From a virus (Duplodnaviria > Caudoviricetes): a DNA stretch of 33,499 bases. This document shows, piece after piece, positions 8,984 to 19,639 of this stretch. How positions within the stretch are numbered: position 1 is the stretch's first letter; every line of letters starts with the position of its first letter. Below the pieces are notes generated by a model, which was given only the letters and a program-made list of their open reading frames with translations, was not told the DNA's origin and ran no database searches. The stretch spans positions 1 through 33,499 of IMG/VR virus record IMGVR_UViG_3300011334_000408; one strand, 5' to 3'. A program made the translations under genes and the position numbers.

Positions 8984-10169
8984 ATATAAGCCATTATTTG
9001 AAAACGATACACGCTATTTTATTATAACAGGTGGTAGAGGTTCAAGTAAGTCATTCGGGGTTGGTACTTTTACCAACCTTTTGTCGTTTGAACAAGGTCA
9101 TAAGATATTATTCACTCGTCAAACGATGACAAGTGCGCACCTTTCTATTATTCCAGAGTTTCAAGAGAAGATTGATTTAATGGAATTGAACGCAATTTTT
9201 GAAGTAAACAAATCAGAGATTAAAAACCTACGCTCAAAGTCTGATATTATATTTCGTGGAATTAAAACGTCAAGCGGTGACCAAACTGCAAATCTTAAAT
9301 CATTGCAAGGCGTTACAACGTGGATACTTGATGAAGCGGAAGAACTTACCGACGAACTTACATTCGATAAGATTAATTTATCTATTAGACAAAAAGGAAA
9401 ACAAAACAGGATTATATTAATTCTTAATCCAGCTACTAAAGAGCATTGGATTTATAAACGTTTCTTTGAGGATAAAGGAGTACAAGAAGGATTTAATGGA
9501 ATTAAAGATGATGTTACTTACATACACACAACCTATTTAGATAACATCGATAACTTAGATATTTCTTTTATAAACGAGGTTGAAAGGATTAAAGAAACTA
9601 ATCCAAATAAATATAAGCATCAAATATTAGGAGGTTGGTTAAACAAAGCAGAGGGCGTTATATTTAATAATTGGAAAATAGATAAGTTTCAAGATTTAGG
9701 AAACTCTATTTATGGTCAAGACTTTGGGTTTAGTATTGACCCTACTACACTTGTTCAAGTTTCAATTGATAAAGATAAAAAGATAATATATTGCAAAGAA
9801 TTATTATACAAAGTTGGATTAAATACTACAGAAATTTATAGAGAAAATGAAAGATATTGCGGTACTAAAAACTTAATTATAGCAGATAGTGCCGAGCCTC
9901 GTTTAATATCTGAATTACAAAGTAGAGGTTTGAATATAAAAGGAGTTTCTAAACCTAAAATAGTTGATAGGATTGCTTTAGTTCAAGACTATCAGTTAAT
10001 AATTGATGCAGATAGTACGAACTTAATTAAAGAGTTAAATAATTATGTTTGGCACGATAAGAAGTCAGAAACACCTATAGACGATTACAATCACTTACTC
10101 GATGCTTTAGGTTATGCAGTTTGGGATTACATTGGGCAACCAAATCAAGGCACATATTTTATTTACTAA
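8964..10169 (+). CDS. terL: terminase large subunit (PBSX/SPP1-type)
   Basis: Walker A GGRGSSKS, Walker B ILDEAEE, coupling motif LNP, nuclease DFGF, DSAEP and NHLLDALGY. Confidence 0.95.
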   Translation: MITLNNKYKPLFENDTRYFIITGGRGSSKSFGVGTFTNLLSFEQGHKILFTRQTMTSAHLSIIPEFQEKIDLMELNAIFEVNKSEIKNLRSKSDIIFRGIKTSSGDQTANLKSLQGVTTWILDEAEELTDELTFDKINLSIRQKGKQNRIILILNPATKEHWIYKRFFEDKGVQEGFNGIKDDVTYIHTTYLDNIDNLDISFINEVERIKETNPNKYKHQILGGWLNKAEGVIFNNWKIDKFQDLGNSIYGQDFGFSIDPTTLVQVSIDKDKKIIYCKELLYKVGLNTTEIYRENERYCGTKNLIIADSAEPRLISELQSRGLNIKGVSKPKIVDRIALVQDYQLIIDADSTNLIKELNNYVWHDKKSETPIDDYNHLLDALGYAVWDYIGQPNQGTYFIY

Positions 10170-10173
10170 TAGC

Positions 10174-10204
10174 AATACAAAAACAACATACAAACGTTAT
10201 ATAA
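10174..10204 (+). promoter_or_regulatory. putative late promoter 1
   Basis: AATACA-N15-CGTTATATAA; ATG at 10207. Confidence 0.7.
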
Positions 10205-10206
10205 TT

Positions 10207-10884
10207 ATGAAGTTACAAATTACAATACCAACATCATTAAAAGAGATTACTTTGGAACAATACCAAAGATTTGTATCTATTGCACAAAACAACAAAGATG
10301 GCGAATTTCTGCAACAAAAAATGATAGAGATATTTTGCGGTGTTACTTTAAATTTAGTTCCTAATATCCCGTTAAAAGACTTCAACGATATTATTAATTT
10401 ATTGAATAATATGTTTAGCGAACAACATAAATTGCAACCGATTTTTAAATTAGGTAATACTAACTTCGGATTTATTCCAAATTTAGATGAAATTAGTTTA
10501 GGGGAGTTCACAGATTTAGATTCTTATTTGGGTAATTGGGAAAATATGCATAGAGCGATGGCGGTTTTATATCGACCTATAACAGAGAAATTTAAAGATA
10601 AATATTTAATTGAGCAATACAACGGAAGTCATACTTATAGCGATGTAATGAAACATTTATCTATGGATATAGTTTTCGGCGCCAATGTTTTTTTTTACAA
10701 TTTAAGCAACGAATTACTGATTTCTACCCTGAATTATTTGGAGCAGAACAAGGAGGTACAGCACTTGATAGACAATCACAATTTGGAGCAAAATGGGGAT
10801 GGTACTCATCTTTCTATAGTATCGCTCAAGGCGATGTTAGAAGATTTGATGAAGTTTCAAGATTACCACTTACAACCTGTTTAA
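10207..10884 (+). CDS. putative tail assembly chaperone, 0-frame product (225 aa)
   Basis: Start moved from 10114 to 10207 because of the promoter position; T9 slippery run at 10688-10696. Confidence 0.6.
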   Translation: MKLQITIPTSLKEITLEQYQRFVSIAQNNKDGEFLQQKMIEIFCGVTLNLVPNIPLKDFNDIINLLNNMFSEQHKLQPIFKLGNTNFGFIPNLDEISLGEFTDLDSYLGNWENMHRAMAVLYRPITEKFKDKYLIEQYNGSHTYSDVMKHLSMDIVFGANVFFYNLSNELLISTLNYLEQNKEVQHLIDNHNLEQNGDGTHLSIVSLKAMLEDLMKFQDYHLQPV

Positions 10885-10952
10885 CTTTCCTAACATTTGA
10901 AAAGGAAAAAATAGAAATAGAAAACGAATTATTAAGAAAAAGAAATGAATAA
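10207..10952 (+). CDS. -1 frameshifted product of the same gene (about 248 aa)
   Basis: -1 frame is open from the T-run to TAA at 10950-10952 (...FGAKWGWYSSFYSIAQGDVRRFDEV...) and overlaps the next ATG. Confidence 0.65.
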
Positions 10953-11406
10953 TTACTATAAAATAACGGAAGTATTAAGAGATAGTTTACTACAAGATGA
11001 GATTGTAAATAGTGTTTCACAAGGCGATATATTTAACATCGATTTAAACAAGCGCACAATATTTCCACTTGCTCACATTGTAGTAAATAGCTACACACAA
11101 TCTGAAAGCGGTAATACTAATATTTTTAACGTTTCAGTTTTATTAATGGATGTTTGCGATATTTCTAAAAAAGAAAATACCGATTTATTTTTAGGTAATG
11201 ATAACGAAGCGGATATTTTTAATACTCAAATGCAAGTAGCAAATAGAATGATTGCATATTTAAATAGAGGTCAGTTGTATGATTTAGGGTATAGGTTAAA
11301 TGGTGGTGTAAATGCAGAGGCTTTCAGCGATAGATTTGAAAATAAGTTAGTAGGATGGACGTTAACATTTTCTATTGAAACTGCAAACGATATGACAATA
11401 TGTTAA
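10945..11406 (+). CDS. putative tail terminator/completion protein
   Basis: Size, position in the tail operon and FPLAHI beta pattern; function inferred. Confidence 0.5.
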   Translation: MNNYYKITEVLRDSLLQDEIVNSVSQGDIFNIDLNKRTIFPLAHIVVNSYTQSESGNTNIFNVSVLLMDVCDISKKENTDLFLGNDNEADIFNTQMQVANRMIAYLNRGQLYDLGYRLNGGVNAEAFSDRFENKLVGWTLTFSIETANDMTIC

Positions 11407-11945
11407 GCAATTTAGAACATACACAAAAGACTCTTGAGAAGTTTAGGGATTACGTTATTCAGCAATCGAGAAGCAATTTAACGAAAGGCAATAAGAATTC
11501 TACTAAAAATCTTTATAACGAAATTAAAGGAAACGTAAAAGTATCAAAGAATAGTTTTGAGTTGGAGTTTGAAATGCCAATGTACGGACAATTTCAAGAC
11601 AAAGGAGTAAAAGGTTCTAATCCATCAGCAGTTAAAAACGGAGTTCAAAAAGCACCTGATAGTAAGTTTAGTTTTAAAAGTAAAATGATACCTACAAAAG
11701 TGCTTGACAAATGGATGATAAGAAAAGGAATAGCACCAAGAAACAAAAAAGGAAAATTTATAAGTCGAGAGGGTATGAAATTCGCAATTGCTAAAAGTAT
11801 AGCATCGCAAGGAATAAGACCGAGTTTATTTTTTACCAAACCATTTGAAGCTGGATATAAAAAATATATTGATGATGATTTAATAAATCAATTTGCTTTA
11901 GACGTTGAAGATTTAATGAAATTTAGTTTAAAAGATATAAAATAA
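11400..11945 (+). CDS. putative neck/tail completion protein
   Basis: Basic protein with YGQFQDKG and GIRPSLFFTKPF motifs typical of virion morphogenesis proteins. Confidence 0.5.
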   Translation: MLSNLEHTQKTLEKFRDYVIQQSRSNLTKGNKNSTKNLYNEIKGNVKVSKNSFELEFEMPMYGQFQDKGVKGSNPSAVKNGVQKAPDSKFSFKSKMIPTKVLDKWMIRKGIAPRNKKGKFISREGMKFAIAKSIASQGIRPSLFFTKPFEAGYKKYIDDDLINQFALDVEDLMKFSLKDIK

Positions 11946-13024
11946 TGGAAAGATTTAATTGTAGAAGTCCATACATAATTACTATTGATGATGATGTTGA
12001 CCAAATAGCATCAAGAATGGAAATTCAAATAAAAGACCATAATAATAATATTATTAATACTTACGAAATTAGTAAGACAATGTTTAGTCCTACGCAAACT
12101 GCAAACTATTATAATATAAGTCCTTATGCTTATGACTATTTAAATAGCATTGATGTTGATATGTTTGGTTGTATTATTTTTATAAAAACTTATTATATCT
12201 TAAGTACTAAAGAAGAAATAGGAAGCACATCATATAATCTTATAGCTACAAATGGATATAGTGATTATTTAAACCCAAACTATTCAGAAACTGCTAATAT
12301 TTTTATACTTCAAAAAGAATTTGTAAAAGGATTGAACTATAAAAGAAAAGCAGAAGAAGATATTACTAACTCACCAACTATCGATGTAATTGTTGATACA
12401 GATAATGTTGAAAGTTTTAATGTAAAATATTCAAACGATGGAACGAATGAAATATTTGAAAATTATACTTTGACTGGTGATTTAGAATTTTACAGAATTA
12501 ATTTAACTAATACAGATAGTAATTATCGAGATTATAACACATTTGAAATTTATGTAAATGAATCTTCTATTTATAAAATTCAATTGAATAATTTATGTGA
12601 GCCAAAATATAACGTAAACACTTTAAAATTCATTAATCGATATGGAGGTTTACAATACCTTACTTTATTTAAAAACTCAATACAAACTTTAGAAGTAAAA
12701 AGTTCAGATTATAACACAAACACATTTACAACTTATCCAAGTTATAACACAGATTTAGGGCAAAAAAGAATATTTAATAAGAACGGAACTTATACCATAA
12801 AATGTAATACTGGTTGGGTTTACGAAATAGACAACGACGATATTCAAGACGTAATGCTATCAGAAAATTTACTATTAACTTACTATGATAATGGTGTTGA
12901 AAAAACAAATGCAGTTACTTTAAAAAATACAACTCAATTGATGAAAAATAGCGTTACAGATAAAATGATTAATTATGAGTTTGAGTTTGAAGTAGCAAGT
13001 AATGTAATTAATAATGTAGTATAA
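11945..13024 (+). CDS. putative distal tail/structural protein
   Basis: Beta-rich with FINRYGG motif; lies in the tail operon. Confidence 0.55.
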   Translation: MERFNCRSPYIITIDDDVDQIASRMEIQIKDHNNNIINTYEISKTMFSPTQTANYYNISPYAYDYLNSIDVDMFGCIIFIKTYYILSTKEEIGSTSYNLIATNGYSDYLNPNYSETANIFILQKEFVKGLNYKRKAEEDITNSPTIDVIVDTDNVESFNVKYSNDGTNEIFENYTLTGDLEFYRINLTNTDSNYRDYNTFEIYVNESSIYKIQLNNLCEPKYNVNTLKFINRYGGLQYLTLFKNSIQTLEVKSSDYNTNTFTTYPSYNTDLGQKRIFNKNGTYTIKCNTGWVYEIDNDDIQDVMLSENLLLTYYDNGVEKTNAVTLKNTTQLMKNSVTDKMINYEFEFEVASNVINNVV

Positions 13025-15276
13025 TGGTAAATTGTGAAATATACATAAAAGTTAACGATGAGTTTGAAAGAATTGATTTATTTAAAGATGAAAAAATATC
13101 TTTGACTTCTTCGGTTCAAAATATTAATGACCTTTCAAAAACATTTACAGATTATACTCAATCCTTTACTATTCCAGCATCAAAAATAAACAATCAAATA
13201 TTCAACTATTGGAATGAAAATGCAGTTGATAATGGTTTTGACCAACGAATTAGATACGATGCTATAATAGAAATAAATACTATTCCATTTCGTAGAGGTA
13301 AAATTCAAATAGAGAAAGCAAACGAAAAAAACAATCGAGTTGAAAGCTATTCAATTACTTTTTATGGAAACACTAAACAGATAAAAGATTTATTCAAAGA
13401 GGATAAGTTATCAGTTTTAGATTATACCGATTTAAATCATAGTTATACTGCAACCGAAGTAAAGAATAGAATTGAAAATAATACATACGATGTTTGTTAT
13501 CCTTTAATCGGTAATCAAAATAAGTATGAATTTTTAACAGGCGGAACAAATGATGTTTCAGTTGGTGGAACTATTGAAAAATCTATTGTATGGAATGACT
13601 TGTTTCCAGCTATTCCACTTTCAATAGTTTTTGAAAAAATACAAAGTCATTACGGAATTACTTTTAATGGTATTTTCTTTTTAACAACGTACTTTGAAAA
13701 ATTATTTTTGTATTGCAAAAACATTGAAAAAACAGATGTTTATACTGCACCAGTTAAAGTAGATTTTACTTCGGTAACACCATCACCATTTACTGAAATA
13801 GATTTCACAAACGATACTTATAAATTTAAGTGGACTCAAGACAATGGAGCAACTCCTACGACATATCAATCGGTACAATTAGAAATTACACCAACTAATT
13901 CAACAATAACTTATAGAGTAAAAGCAAAAAGACCTGATGGAACTATTTACAATGTTTATGATAATTTATTAGGTACTCAAGTATTGCAGATTTACAATGG
14001 TTCTGATACAACATTTACTGAAACTTTATATTTTGAAGTTGAAAGTTTAAGCGTTCTTACTTTTGTAGGAAAACTATATTCAACAAAAGCGCAAAAAGTA
14101 GGCGTAGTAACATCGTTCCAAAATCATATAGTTTTTGGCGCTACACAATCAACTACATCAACTATTGATATAGGTTCAAATGTTCCTGATATTAAAATAA
14201 TAGATTTCTTTACTGGAATAATTAAAATGTTCAATCTTACAATTACTCCAGTTGATGAAACAACTTTCGAAATTGAGCCTTTAGAATTCTTTTACTCCTA
14301 TGGTGATTTTATGGATATTAATAACTATGTAATCAACGATAATGTAGATATTGATAGAACAAAACTATTTAAAAAATTGTCGTTTGCACACGAAAAGAGC
14401 GAGAATGTTTTAAATAATTATTTTAGAAATACCTTTAATCGTGGTTATGATTACGGAGATTTACTTTACGAAAATCAATTATCAAACGAGAGTAACACAT
14501 ACGAAATTAAAACACCTTTTGAGGATGTAATGTGGGAGCGTTCCACAATTGGTAACTTTCAAACAACATCATTAATAGATAAAGATTTAAAACCTTATAA
14601 GCCAAAAGTTATTTTATTATATCAGAATAATGTACAATCTGTAACATCACCAATTAAGTTTTTTAATGGTTCAACTTATCAAAATATAAATAGCTATTTA
14701 AGATTTTCAAATGAGTTAGATGTGAACGGACAAATAGCATCATTAAATTTTGATGAAGAACAAAGTAGCTGGAATTTAAGTGCATTAGCAAGTCTTTCAT
14801 TATTTCAAAATTGGTACAGAAATTACATTGAGCAACTTTATAATATCAAAGCACGAATAGTAAAATTAAAAGCAATATTCCCAATTACTAAACTAACCGA
14901 TATTAAGCTAAATGATAAACTAATTTACAAGGATAAGAAGTACATTATAAATCAATTTACAACAGATTTGACAAGTGGTGAAGTAGATTTAGAATTGATT
15001 ACCGATTTTCGAGATATAAACGACAATTTCACAAATCAAAAATCATTTAGTATTAGCGGTAATTCTCAAAATGTAGAAATTATTGTAATGAAATTAAATT
15101 CAGAATACTATAACGTTAGTTACGGAGGCACTTCATTTGACAATAATAAAGAGAATGGAGTTTTCACAATGCCAATTGACTCAAACGAAACAGAAGGAAT
15201 TGTTTTAAAACAAATAGAAATAGACTATTTCAATCCAACATTTAAGAAATATATAAATATTTATCAAGATGCTTAA
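13024..15276 (+). CDS. putative tail hub/tip protein
   Basis: 750 aa; N-terminal DYTQSFTIPASKINNQIF motif; precedes the tape measure gene. Confidence 0.6.
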   Translation: MVNCEIYIKVNDEFERIDLFKDEKISLTSSVQNINDLSKTFTDYTQSFTIPASKINNQIFNYWNENAVDNGFDQRIRYDAIIEINTIPFRRGKIQIEKANEKNNRVESYSITFYGNTKQIKDLFKEDKLSVLDYTDLNHSYTATEVKNRIENNTYDVCYPLIGNQNKYEFLTGGTNDVSVGGTIEKSIVWNDLFPAIPLSIVFEKIQSHYGITFNGIFFLTTYFEKLFLYCKNIEKTDVYTAPVKVDFTSVTPSPFTEIDFTNDTYKFKWTQDNGATPTTYQSVQLEITPTNSTITYRVKAKRPDGTIYNVYDNLLGTQVLQIYNGSDTTFTETLYFEVESLSVLTFVGKLYSTKAQKVGVVTSFQNHIVFGATQSTTSTIDIGSNVPDIKIIDFFTGIIKMFNLTITPVDETTFEIEPLEFFYSYGDFMDINNYVINDNVDIDRTKLFKKLSFAHEKSENVLNNYFRNTFNRGYDYGDLLYENQLSNESNTYEIKTPFEDVMWERSTIGNFQTTSLIDKDLKPYKPKVILLYQNNVQSVTSPIKFFNGSTYQNINSYLRFSNELDVNGQIASLNFDEEQSSWNLSALASLSLFQNWYRNYIEQLYNIKARIVKLKAIFPITKLTDIKLNDKLIYKDKKYIINQFTTDLTSGEVDLELITDFRDINDNFTNQKSFSISGNSQNVEIIVMKLNSEYYNVSYGGTSFDNNKENGVFTMPIDSNETEGIVLKQIEIDYFNPTFKKYINIYQDA

Positions 15277-15421
15277 AAATATAATCGAATTACTGCAACT
15301 TACAGAACACTACGGAGTTTCTGAAAACATAGAAATTGCAAAAGGTAAATATGAATTACCAAAAACAATGAAAAAAAGCTATAATCAACTAAAAAGACTT
15401 ATAAAAAATGGCAGAAACTAA
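15269..15421 (+). CDS. small hypothetical protein (50 aa, not in ORF track)
   Basis: MLKNIIELL...IEIAKGKY...; overlaps both neighbours. Confidence 0.6.
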   Translation: MLKNIIELLQLTEHYGVSENIEIAKGKYELPKTMKKSYNQLKRLIKNGRN

Positions 15422-17285
15422 AGTAGTAACGTTAGACGTAAATAATAATATAGACGAAGCTGCTAAATCTGTAGGCAGTCTTAAATCACAATTACGAGAA
15501 GCACAAGCAGAGGTTGCTAAATTATCTGATAAGTTTGGAGCAACATCGCAAGAAGCCGTTAATGCAGCTAAAAAAGCATCCGAGTTAAAAGATAGAATAG
15601 GAGATGCAAAAGCGTTAACAGATGCATTCAATCCTGATGCAAAATTTAGGGCAGTTTCTTCTTCTTTGGCTGGTGTAGCTGGTGGATTTTCAGCAGTTAC
15701 TGGAGCGATGGGTATTTTAGGTGCAGAGTCTAAACAAACCGAAGAAATGATTTTAAAAGTTCAATCCGCTATGGCTATAGCTTCGGGATTGCAACAATTA
15801 GGAGAGAGTGCCGATGCTTTTAAACAAATGAAAGCAGTTGCTATTGATGCGTTTAAAGGAATTAAAGCAGCGATAGGAAGTACAGGAATAGGTTTATTAG
15901 TTATTGCTTTAGGAACTATTTACGCTTATTGGGATGACATTAAAGAAGCAGTAAGTGGTGTAAGTGAAGAGCAGAAAAAGTTAAACGCTGATAGCAAAAA
16001 AAATCTTGACCAAGAAAATGAAAAATTAAAAACTATTGGCGCACAAGATAATATTTTAAAACTTCAAGGTAAATCTGAAAAGGAAATATTAGCTATTAAG
16101 GTAAGACAAACCGACGAAGCTATTCAGGCCACTGAAATAAATCAGAAAAACCAAATACAAACTAATAAATTAGCTGTTGAGGGTGCAAAACGTAACTATG
16201 ATATGTTGCGTTCTTATATTGATTTTGTTTCAACACCTTTAAGATTTTTATACCAAACAGGAGCAGAGGCAATAAACGGAATTATTGATTTATTAAATAA
16301 AATTCCAGGCGTTAATATCAAAGGTAAACTTGACGAAACGTTAGGAGAAAAAGCAGCAGATTATTTGGCTAAATTAGGTTTCGACCCTGACCAAGTAAAA
16401 GCGGAAGGAGATAAGACAGTTAAAGAAAGTGCAGATGCTTTGACTAAATTAAAAAATGATAGAGCTGGTTATCAATTAGCAATAAAAGATATTGATAAAA
16501 AAGCTAGTGATGACAAAAAGAAAAATGAAGAAGATGAAACTAAAAGACAAAAAGAGGAATTAGAAAAAAGACAAAAAGCAAACGAGGAATACTGGAATAA
16601 ATATTTAGAAATAGGTGCTGAAAAAGTTAAAACAGAACAAGCTAATAAGGTTGCTTTTGATGCTTTAGATGCTGAAAATACTGCTTTTGTAAATGATAAA
16701 AATCTAACTGATTTAAAAACTAAAAATGACAAAGAAATAGAAATTGAAAAAGCTACTGCTGAAGCTAAAAAAAGTATTCAAGATGCTACATTTTCAAATA
16801 TTGAGGGCGGAATAGGATTATTAAAAGGATTATTTGAAAAAAATAAAGGCGTTCAAAAAGCATTATTAATAGCTGAAAGTGCTGTTGGTATTGCTAAAAT
16901 TGTTGTTAATACACAAGCTGCAAATGCTGCTGCAAGATTAAAATATGCATTATTGCCCGGTGGTGCTGCTTTAGCTGCTGCTGAATCAGTAATGAATAAT
17001 GTAAGTGCTGGAATTGGAATAGCTACAAACGTAGCTGCAACTGCAAAAGGTTTAAGTGCTTTAGGTGGTGGTGGAGGTGGTGGAACTGCATCGGTTGGTG
17101 GTAGCGGAACATCAGCACCAGCAGCACCGAGTTTTAATGTAGTAGGAAATGGTGGCACAAATCAAATAGCACAAGTTATGAATAAGCAAGGCGTTGCACC
17201 AGTTCAAGCGTATGTTGTGGCGAGTAATGTAACAAGCGCACAATCATTAAATCGTAATATAGTTTCTAACGCCACATTAGGTTAA
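15408..17285 (+). CDS. tail tape measure protein
   Basis: Ala/Lys-rich coiled coil with hydrophobic segments (TGIGLLVIALG) and a Gly-rich C-terminal linker. Confidence 0.8.
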   Translation: MAETKVVTLDVNNNIDEAAKSVGSLKSQLREAQAEVAKLSDKFGATSQEAVNAAKKASELKDRIGDAKALTDAFNPDAKFRAVSSSLAGVAGGFSAVTGAMGILGAESKQTEEMILKVQSAMAIASGLQQLGESADAFKQMKAVAIDAFKGIKAAIGSTGIGLLVIALGTIYAYWDDIKEAVSGVSEEQKKLNADSKKNLDQENEKLKTIGAQDNILKLQGKSEKEILAIKVRQTDEAIQATEINQKNQIQTNKLAVEGAKRNYDMLRSYIDFVSTPLRFLYQTGAEAINGIIDLLNKIPGVNIKGKLDETLGEKAADYLAKLGFDPDQVKAEGDKTVKESADALTKLKNDRAGYQLAIKDIDKKASDDKKKNEEDETKRQKEELEKRQKANEEYWNKYLEIGAEKVKTEQANKVAFDALDAENTAFVNDKNLTDLKTKNDKEIEIEKATAEAKKSIQDATFSNIEGGIGLLKGLFEKNKGVQKALLIAESAVGIAKIVVNTQAANAAARLKYALLPGGAALAAAESVMNNVSAGIGIATNVAATAKGLSALGGGGGGGTASVGGSGTSAPAAPSFNVVGNGGTNQIAQVMNKQGVAPVQAYVVASNVTSAQSLNRNIVSNATLG

Positions 17286-17310
17286 TTATCAAATAGTTAA
17301 CTCTAATTTA

Positions 17311-17341
17311 AAAACACTTTAACAATATAAACGTTATATAA
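17311..17341 (+). promoter_or_regulatory. putative late promoter 2
   Basis: AAAACA-N15-CGTTATATAA; ATG at 17344. Confidence 0.7.
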
Positions 17342-17343
17342 AT

Positions 17344-17910
17344 ATGAAAGTTTTTGAATTAATTTTAAACGAAGAAACAGACGGAGTTGACGCAATTAGT
17401 GTAGTCGATAGACCAGCAACTGAAGAAAATTTTATAGCATTAAAAGAAGAACAAGAATTACATTTAGCGGAAGTAAGCAAAGAACAAAAAATATTAATGG
17501 GTGCTGCTTTAGTTCCAAACAAAATGATTTATAGAAAAAATGGAAAAGATGAGTTTAATATTTTCTTTTCGTCTGAAACTATAAAACAAGCGAGTGAAAA
17601 ATTTTTAATGGATGGCAATCAAAACAACGCTACACTAATGCACGAAAAATCTGTAAAGGATTTATCTGTAGTTGAAAGTTGGATAATTGACAATCCCGAA
17701 ATGGATAAGTCAAAAGAGTACGGATTTAGTTTGCCAAAAGGAACGTGGATGATTTCTATGAAAGTTAATAATCCTGAAATTTGGGATAAAGTTAAAAGCG
17801 GAGAAATTAAAGGATTTTCAATTGAAGGATATTTCGCTGATAAAATGGAGATGCAAAGCGAAAAAGAAATTTTTGAACAACTTAGAAAATTATTAGAAAA
17901 TGTGAAATAA
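17344..17910 (+). CDS. prohead serine protease (XkdF-like)
   Basis: TLMH, GTWMISMKV and VKSGEIKGFSIEG motifs. Confidence 0.8.
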   Translation: MKVFELILNEETDGVDAISVVDRPATEENFIALKEEQELHLAEVSKEQKILMGAALVPNKMIYRKNGKDEFNIFFSSETIKQASEKFLMDGNQNNATLMHEKSVKDLSVVESWIIDNPEMDKSKEYGFSLPKGTWMISMKVNNPEIWDKVKSGEIKGFSIEGYFADKMEMQSEKEIFEQLRKLLENVK

Positions 17911-18079
17911 AACAACATCACCAAAAGGTGGTAAAAGAGGTTGCCTTTGTAAAGATGGAACGTATAACAAAGAATGTTGCGATGGTGAATTGCAAAGTCA
18001 AGGTATAGGTTCTTTAGTAGAAGGAGAAAACCACACAATCGTTAACACTAACGAAGAACGAGTAATTACAATTAATTAA
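17900..18079 (+). pseudogene. Cys-rich small ORF with in-frame TGA at codon 2
   Basis: ATG TGA AAT AAA..., then open: NKTTSPKGGKRGCLCKDGTYNKECCDGELQSQGIG... to a TAA ending 2 nt before the scaffold ATG. Confidence 0.55.
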
Positions 18080-18081
18080 AT

Positions 18082-18645
18082 ATGAACTACAAAAATGTTT
18101 TAAACAATGTTCGTGCTTTGCTTTCTATGGAAGTTAAATTAGCACAACAAACTTTAATGGATGGAGTTACCACCATTGAAGCAGAGGAGTTTGCTCCTGA
18201 GTTTTCAGTTGGGATTGTCACTCCCGAAGGCGTAGTACCTATGCCAATTGGTGAGTACACAATGGCTAATGGTGATATGTTAGTAGTTGAGCAAGATGGA
18301 ATTATTAAATCTATTGCGCCAGCTATGGAAGAAGAAAAAGAAGTAAAAGTAGAAGCTGAAAAGCCAGTTATGGCAGATGCTACTCCTAAAAAGGTAGTTG
18401 AATCAGTATCAAAAGAAACTTTTTTTGCAGAGATTGAAAAAATCAAAACTGAATTAATGAGTCAAGTTGAAACATTAAAAGCAGAAAATGAAAGTTTGAA
18501 AGTTGAGTTATATGAAAAAACAGAAGCGGCTAAACCAATTTCTCATAATCCTGAAAATGTAAACGAAAAAGAAAATTTCAAAATTGGAGCAAAAAGAGAA
18601 CGTACTATAGAAGATATAGTTTTCTCAAAATTATTTAAAAACTAA
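18082..18645 (+). CDS. capsid scaffolding protein (putative)
   Basis: Acidic coiled coil between the protease and the capsid gene. Confidence 0.65.
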   Translation: MNYKNVLNNVRALLSMEVKLAQQTLMDGVTTIEAEEFAPEFSVGIVTPEGVVPMPIGEYTMANGDMLVVEQDGIIKSIAPAMEEEKEVKVEAEKPVMADATPKKVVESVSKETFFAEIEKIKTELMSQVETLKAENESLKVELYEKTEAAKPISHNPENVNEKENFKIGAKRERTIEDIVFSKLFKN

Positions 18646-18662
18646 CTAACAAATATTAAAAA

Positions 18663-19616
18663 ATGGCTACTACAACAAGTTTAACAACTACTTATGCTGG
18701 AGAGTTTGCGAAGAAATACGTCGCTGCTGCTCTTTTATCTGCTCCAACTATTGAGAATGGTGGAGTTGAAGTTTTACCAAACGTAAAATACAAACAAGTT
18801 CTTCAAAAAATCGCTACTGATGGATTGATGAAAGACGCTACTTGTGATTTCTCTGCAACATCAACAGTTACTTTAACTGAAAGAATTTTACAAGTAAAAG
18901 ATTTACAAGTAAACTTACAATTATGTAAATCTACATTTCATTCAACTTGGCAAGGAATTGAGCAAGGATATTCATCTTTTGACTCTTTACCACCATCGTT
19001 TCAAGACTATTTAATCGGATATGTAGCTGCGAAAGTTGCTGCACAAAATGAAACTGCAATTTGGACTGGTGCTACAGGTACTTCTGGTCAATTTGATGGT
19101 TTTGTAACTAAAATCGCTGCTGATGCTGCTTTACCAGCTGCTCAAGAAGTTGCGGGTACAACTGTTACTGCTTCTAACGTAGTAGCTGAATTAGGTAAAT
19201 TAGTTGACGCTATCCCAGCTACACTTTACGGAAAAGATGACCTTTACTTATACGTTTCTCAAAACATCGCTAAAGCGTATGTAAGAGCGTTAGGAGGATT
19301 CGGCGCATCAGGTTTAGGTGCTAACGGAACAAACGCACAAGGAACTCAATGGTACAACAATGGAAGTTTATCTTTCGATGGTATTAAAATCTTTGTTGCT
19401 AATGGTTTAGCTGCAAATACAGCGGTTGCTGCTCAAAAATCAAACTTATTCTTTGGTTGTTCTTTGAACTCTGATTTACAAGAAGTAAGAGTAATTGATA
19501 TGTCAGAAACTGATGGCTCACAAAATGTAAGAGTAGTGATGAGAATGGCTGCCGGTGTTCAATACGCTGCAATCGAAGATATTACTACATACGGAATTAC
19601 TAACGCGGCTAACTAA
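18663..19616 (+). CDS. major capsid protein
   Basis: 317 aa, strongly biased codon usage (GCT/ACT/GGT), follows the scaffold and precedes a terminator. Confidence 0.8.
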   Translation: MATTTSLTTTYAGEFAKKYVAAALLSAPTIENGGVEVLPNVKYKQVLQKIATDGLMKDATCDFSATSTVTLTERILQVKDLQVNLQLCKSTFHSTWQGIEQGYSSFDSLPPSFQDYLIGYVAAKVAAQNETAIWTGATGTSGQFDGFVTKIAADAALPAAQEVAGTTVTASNVVAELGKLVDAIPATLYGKDDLYLYVSQNIAKAYVRALGGFGASGLGANGTNAQGTQWYNNGSLSFDGIKIFVANGLAANTAVAAQKSNLFFGCSLNSDLQEVRVIDMSETDGSQNVRVVMRMAAGVQYAAIEDITTYGITNAAN

Positions 19617-19639
19617 TAATTATCTGTAAATAATAACTT

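Noticed and set aside
10114-10206. Track start of the 256-aa ORF
   Set aside because: The extension overlaps terL and the late-promoter motif; ATG 10207 matches the geometry of the other two promoter copies.
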